DNA of 63,151 bases, filler included, from Thraustochytrium aureum (lineage: Eukaryota), in assembly GCA_012862495.1 (NCBI GenBank). It is 3 parts of 3 records of this genome, joined end to end, with 100 filler letters (N's around TTAATTAATTAA, not from the genome) between each part and the next. Parts side by side here need not be neighbours in the genome. Positions count along the whole stretch, not along the records: positions 34,873 to 63,151 come from BLSG01000109.1; 2 more parts are not named here. One strand, given 5' to 3'. Position 1 is the stretch's first letter. Each line of letters begins with the position of its first letter. The notes beneath the pieces were generated by a model. The model saw only the letters and a program-made list of their open reading frames with translations, was not told the DNA's origin and did no database searches. The position numbers and the translations under genes are program-made. This document shows positions 59,810-63,151 of this stretch, one piece after another.

Positions 59810-60516
59810 CTACTGGGACCCAGGCGGCGGCGAGGACGTTTCGCGAGCGTCAAAAAAGCGCTTGCCTGCCAAATAAGAGTAGCGGTCCAACGTCGCGAGG
59901 AAAAGCGCCAGGTCAGCAATCGACTTGGCGCAAATAGGGCAGGTCTTGTTCTTGATGCCCTCCGCTCGGAGCGAGCGGAAATAGTTGATGTAGCCAACCC
60001 GCATTTGCGGCATGATCTTGGCCCCCTCGGCTGCCGCGGCCTGCGCCGCCTTTACCGCCGTGTTCTTCGGCACCACGCCCTCAAACTCCATGTTGGTTAG
60101 CACAGTTTGCAGCTGGCCCTCCTTGGAGCGGAGGAACTCTGACTTGATGTACAGGTTGTTGCAGGCCGTGACGCGTTGCGCTTGCGTTTCGAACGACTCC
60201 CGGCACAGGCTGCAGCAGGGCGCGCTGATCGTGTGGCAAAGCTGGCCTCTCGCGACGCGCACGCTGCCCGCGAGCCGCGCCAGGTCCTCTTGGACTTGGT
60301 CGGCAAGCTTGCCGAGTTTCTCAGGGGTCAACTTTGCAATCTCCTTGCTGCGCAGCGCTGCGCGCTCGAGCCCTCGCTGTTGCAGGCCACCGGTGTCGGC
60401 ACCGAGTCGTGCGAGCGGCGGCGCTTGTGCCCCGGGCTCGGCGCTTCCGGGCCTGTCAAACTGTCGCTGCGGACTCGCTTCGGCTCCACCGCGCGATGCA
60501 CAAAAATGCTCGCCAT
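59810..60516 (-). CDS. Hypothetical Cys-containing protein with a Rad50 zinc-hook-like CPIC motif (frameshift inferred ~60360)
   Basis: YINYFRSLRAEGIKNKTCPICAKSIADLALFLATLD; also CCSLC; N-terminal HKRRR lies in the adjacent frame. Confidence 0.4.
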
Positions 60517-61503
60517 CCCTTGCTCACGTGGCTCCAGTTTCTCGGTTTGTCTGTGCGNNNNNNNNNNNNNNNNNNNNNNNNNNNNNNNNNNNNNNNNNNN
60601 NNNNNNNNNNNNNNNNNNNNNNNNNNNNNNNNNNNNNNNNNNNNNNNNNNNNNNNNNNNNNNNNNNNNNNNNNNNNNNNNNNNNNNNNNNNNNNNNNNNN
60701 NNNNNNNNNNNNNNNNNNNNNNNNNNNNNNNNNNNNNNNNNNNNNNNNNNNNNNNNNNNNNNNNNNNNNNNNNNNNNNNNNNNNNNNNNNNNNNNNNNNN
60801 NNNNNNNNNNNNNNNNNNNNNNNNNNNNNNNNNNNNNNNNNNNNNNNNNNNNNNNNNNNNNNNNNNNNNNNNNNNNNNNNNNNNNNNNNNNNNNNNNNNN
60901 NNNNNNNNNNNNNNNNNNNNNNNNNNNNNNNNNNNNNNNNNNNNNNNNNNNNNNNNNNNNNNNNNNNNNNNNNNNNNNNNNNNNNNNNNNNNNNNNNNNN
61001 NNNNNNNNNNNNNNNNNNNNNNNNNNNNNNNNNNNNNNNNNNNNNNNNNNNNNNNNNNNNNNNNNNNNNNNNNNNNNNNNNNNNNNNNNNNNNNNNNNNN
61101 NNNNNNNNNNNNNNNNNNNNNNNNNNNNNNNNNNNNNNNNNNNNNNNNNNNNNNNNNNNNNNNNNNNNNNNNNNNNNNNNNNNNNNNNNNNNNNNNNNNN
61201 NNNNNNNNNNNNNNNNNNNNNNNNNNNNNNNNNNNNNNNNNNNNNNNNNNNNNNNNNNNNNNNNNNNNNNNNNNNNNNNNNNNNNNNNNNNNNNNNNNNN
61301 NNNNNNNNNNNNNNNNNNNNNNNNNNNNNNNNNNNNNNNNNNNNNNNNNNNNNNNNNNNNNNNNNNNNNNNNNNNNNNNNNNNNNNNNNNNNNNNNNNNN
61401 NNNNNNNNNNNNNNNNNNNNNNNNNNNNNNNNNNNNNNNNNNNNNNNNNNNNNNNNNNNNNNNNNNNNNNNNNNNNNNNNNNNNNNNNNNNNNNNNNNNN
61501 NNN

Positions 61504-63151
61504 TCAGCGCTTGAAGAGCCCCTCGGCCAGGCTCGACACGCTGCTGGAGAGCTCCTTTGCTGTCCCCAACAGAAGCGACTTGGCCGCCGCCACGGTGGCG
61601 TGCGTGCGGTCCGTGATCGGCACGAGCATCGCGTTGTAGCGGCCTTGCTTGATGTCAGCCGCCCTCTGCAAGATAATGTTTAGGTCTGTGCTGGGGTACT
61701 TTTGGAGGATCTGCAAGCATCCGGCAAAGTCGGCCGCCAGCAGCGCGTTACGCTGCAACGAGATCATCGCCGCGCAGACGTTGAGCAAGGCGTCAAACCG
61801 GCCCGCATCCGCGAGGAGATAGTCCCACAGCCGCACGGTGTCTGGCAGCATCAGCTCGCGCGACAAGAGCAGCGTGATCCAACGCAGCGCGAAGAACTGA
61901 GGGTGCACCTCCAGCCCTGCCAGGTGCTCCTCCACTGGGGCGTCGATGCGGCGCAACAAAGCCATAAGCTCCCGGCCGCGACCTCCGATCCCCCCCGTGT
62001 CGGCGTCCATGCCCTGCATATAAACGTCCCGCATGTCGCCCATCAGACTCGCAAAGCAGAAAAACGAGTCCGCCTCGTAGTTTTCCTCAAAGCCAAACTC
62101 GTCAAAGCTGGTGCGCTCCGCGGAGGCCGTGTCCTTGTCGTGGTCCAGCGACACGCTGCCAAACACGAAAAGAATGGGCGCCAGAACCTCGTTCATGCCT
62201 TGCACGTACTCGATGCCCGGATTGAGCTTGGCGTAGATGAAAAGGATGCGCTCCATCACCGCGCAACGCGCATCTGCGAAAAAGTGAAATCCAGGGTGCG
62301 TGCGCTGGACGTCCTTCCAAATCGTCTCGCGCAGCTCCACGTCATGCTCGTGCTCCTCGCCGCCCCCCGCGGGCGGCTCTGGCGGCAGAGCGAGCGGGTG
62401 CAAGGGCTCCTGCTTCCCCGCCGTCGCACCTTGCTCGTTGCCCGGCGCCACATACTTGCCTTCGGCCAACGCATCTGCGGCAGCAGCTGCCGCACTCGGC
62501 CGCGGCTTCTTTGCAGGGTCTCCGGCCTCCTGCTCCCACCAGCCCTGGCCTTTCAGGCGCGAGGGCCGGCTCGAGCCGGCACTGCTGCCCGACAGCCCGC
62601 GCGTCTCAAACTCGGCCTTGTAGTTGTCATAGAGTGCTCGTTTTTCAGCCAGTTCGGCGGCCCAGCCCTCGGTGTCAGCAGAAAGGAGATTCAACAGGAT
62701 ACGCCAGAACACTGGCCGGAACCGCTCCGAGAGCCCGCCAGCGGCAACGATTCGAATTTTGTCAAGGCTCTTCGAGGCAAGGGCCGCTTCGTGCCGCTCC
62801 TCCACGGCGTGCTGCTTCGATCTCGTTTGGACCAGCTCAAACGGCCCGCCCAGGGCGCGCTGGCCCGCTCCCGCGCGCGAGGCGAACGTCAGCGCCAACG
62901 GCCGCGTGTCGCGCATTACTTTCAAAACATCGCTGTAGTGCTCGAACGATTCGATGGGACGGCCCTCGACCTCCAGCAGCCGGTCCATCCGGTGCAGCCC
63001 GAACCGTTCGGCCGTGCCGCCCCGGGTGACATCGACGACGATCACGCAAATGGGCCGCCCACAATCTCCAGCCATCTTGCAATCAACGGTCTCCATCAGC
63101 GCAGCGGCATCCGCCTCGCCAGCTTCCCCGAGCTGGAAGGCGTGCAGAGCG
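61504..63151 (-). CDS. TBC1D13-like Rab-GAP with upstream PDZ-like domain; 5' end beyond the window
   Basis: RPVFWRILL, R-finger IWKDVQRT, Q-finger YVQGMNE, EADSFFCF, PQFFALRWITLL, DTVRLWD; frame stays open to the window edge. Confidence 0.9.
   Translation of the reverse strand, partial: ALHAFQLGEAGEADAAALMETVDCKMAGDCGRPICVIVVDVTRGGTAERFGLHRMDRLLEVEGRPIESFEHYSDVLKVMRDTRPLALTFASRAGAGQRALGGPFELVQTRSKQHAVEERHEAALASKSLDKIRIVAAGGLSERFRPVFWRILLNLLSADTEGWAAELAEKRALYDNYKAEFETRGLSGSSAGSSRPSRLKGQGWWEQEAGDPAKKPRPSAAAAAADALAEGKYVAPGNEQGATAGKQEPLHPLALPPEPPAGGGEEHEHDVELRETIWKDVQRTHPGFHFFADARCAVMERILFIYAKLNPGIEYVQGMNEVLAPILFVFGSVSLDHDKDTASAERTSFDEFGFEENYEADSFFCFASLMGDMRDVYMQGMDADTGGIGGRGRELMALLRRIDAPVEEHLAGLEVHPQFFALRWITLLLSRELMLPDTVRLWDYLLADAGRFDALLNVCAAMISLQRNALLAADFAGCLQILQKYPSTDLNIILQRAADIKQGRYNAMLVPITDRTHATVAAAKSLLLGTAKELSSSVSSLAEGLFKR

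Overview
Gene-dense, GC-rich, intron-poor eukaryotic nuclear DNA from a gappy draft assembly. Gene content, GTAAGT/GCTGAC/YAG introns and compact intergenics suggest a thraustochytrid/labyrinthulomycete stramenopile (inference). Two artificial TTAATTAATTAA linkers (18613-18624, 34817-34828) show that the window is three concatenated scaffolds. Several conserved genes carry single-base frameshifts that look like sequencing errors. Recognisable genes: class-V aminotransferase, PGK, CDC50, DUF1295, a GIN/DUF2807 surface protein, NEMF/Rqc2, PPP1R21-like, two SDRs, EDR2_C, alpha/beta hydrolase, APC13, kinesin-14, an LRR protein, OSR1/SPAK-like kinase, SEC23, NDUFA13, an organellar 5'-3' exonuclease, tandem NTF2, enoyl-CoA hydratase 2 and TBC1D13-like. 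Most notable: (1) a PGK whose C-terminal membrane anchor coincides exactly with a 99-nt in-frame intron-like segment, predicting soluble versus tail-anchored isoforms; (2) a temptin-domain/cytochrome b561-like membrane protein that has apparently lost one heme His pair; (3) a 5'-3' exonuclease with a ~180-aa helical insertion; (4) a 7-copy CCTCTAT cluster in a divergent promoter; (5) an intron-containing SDR resembling bacterial xylitol dehydrogenase. No rRNA, tRNA, CRISPR array or transposase was recognised.
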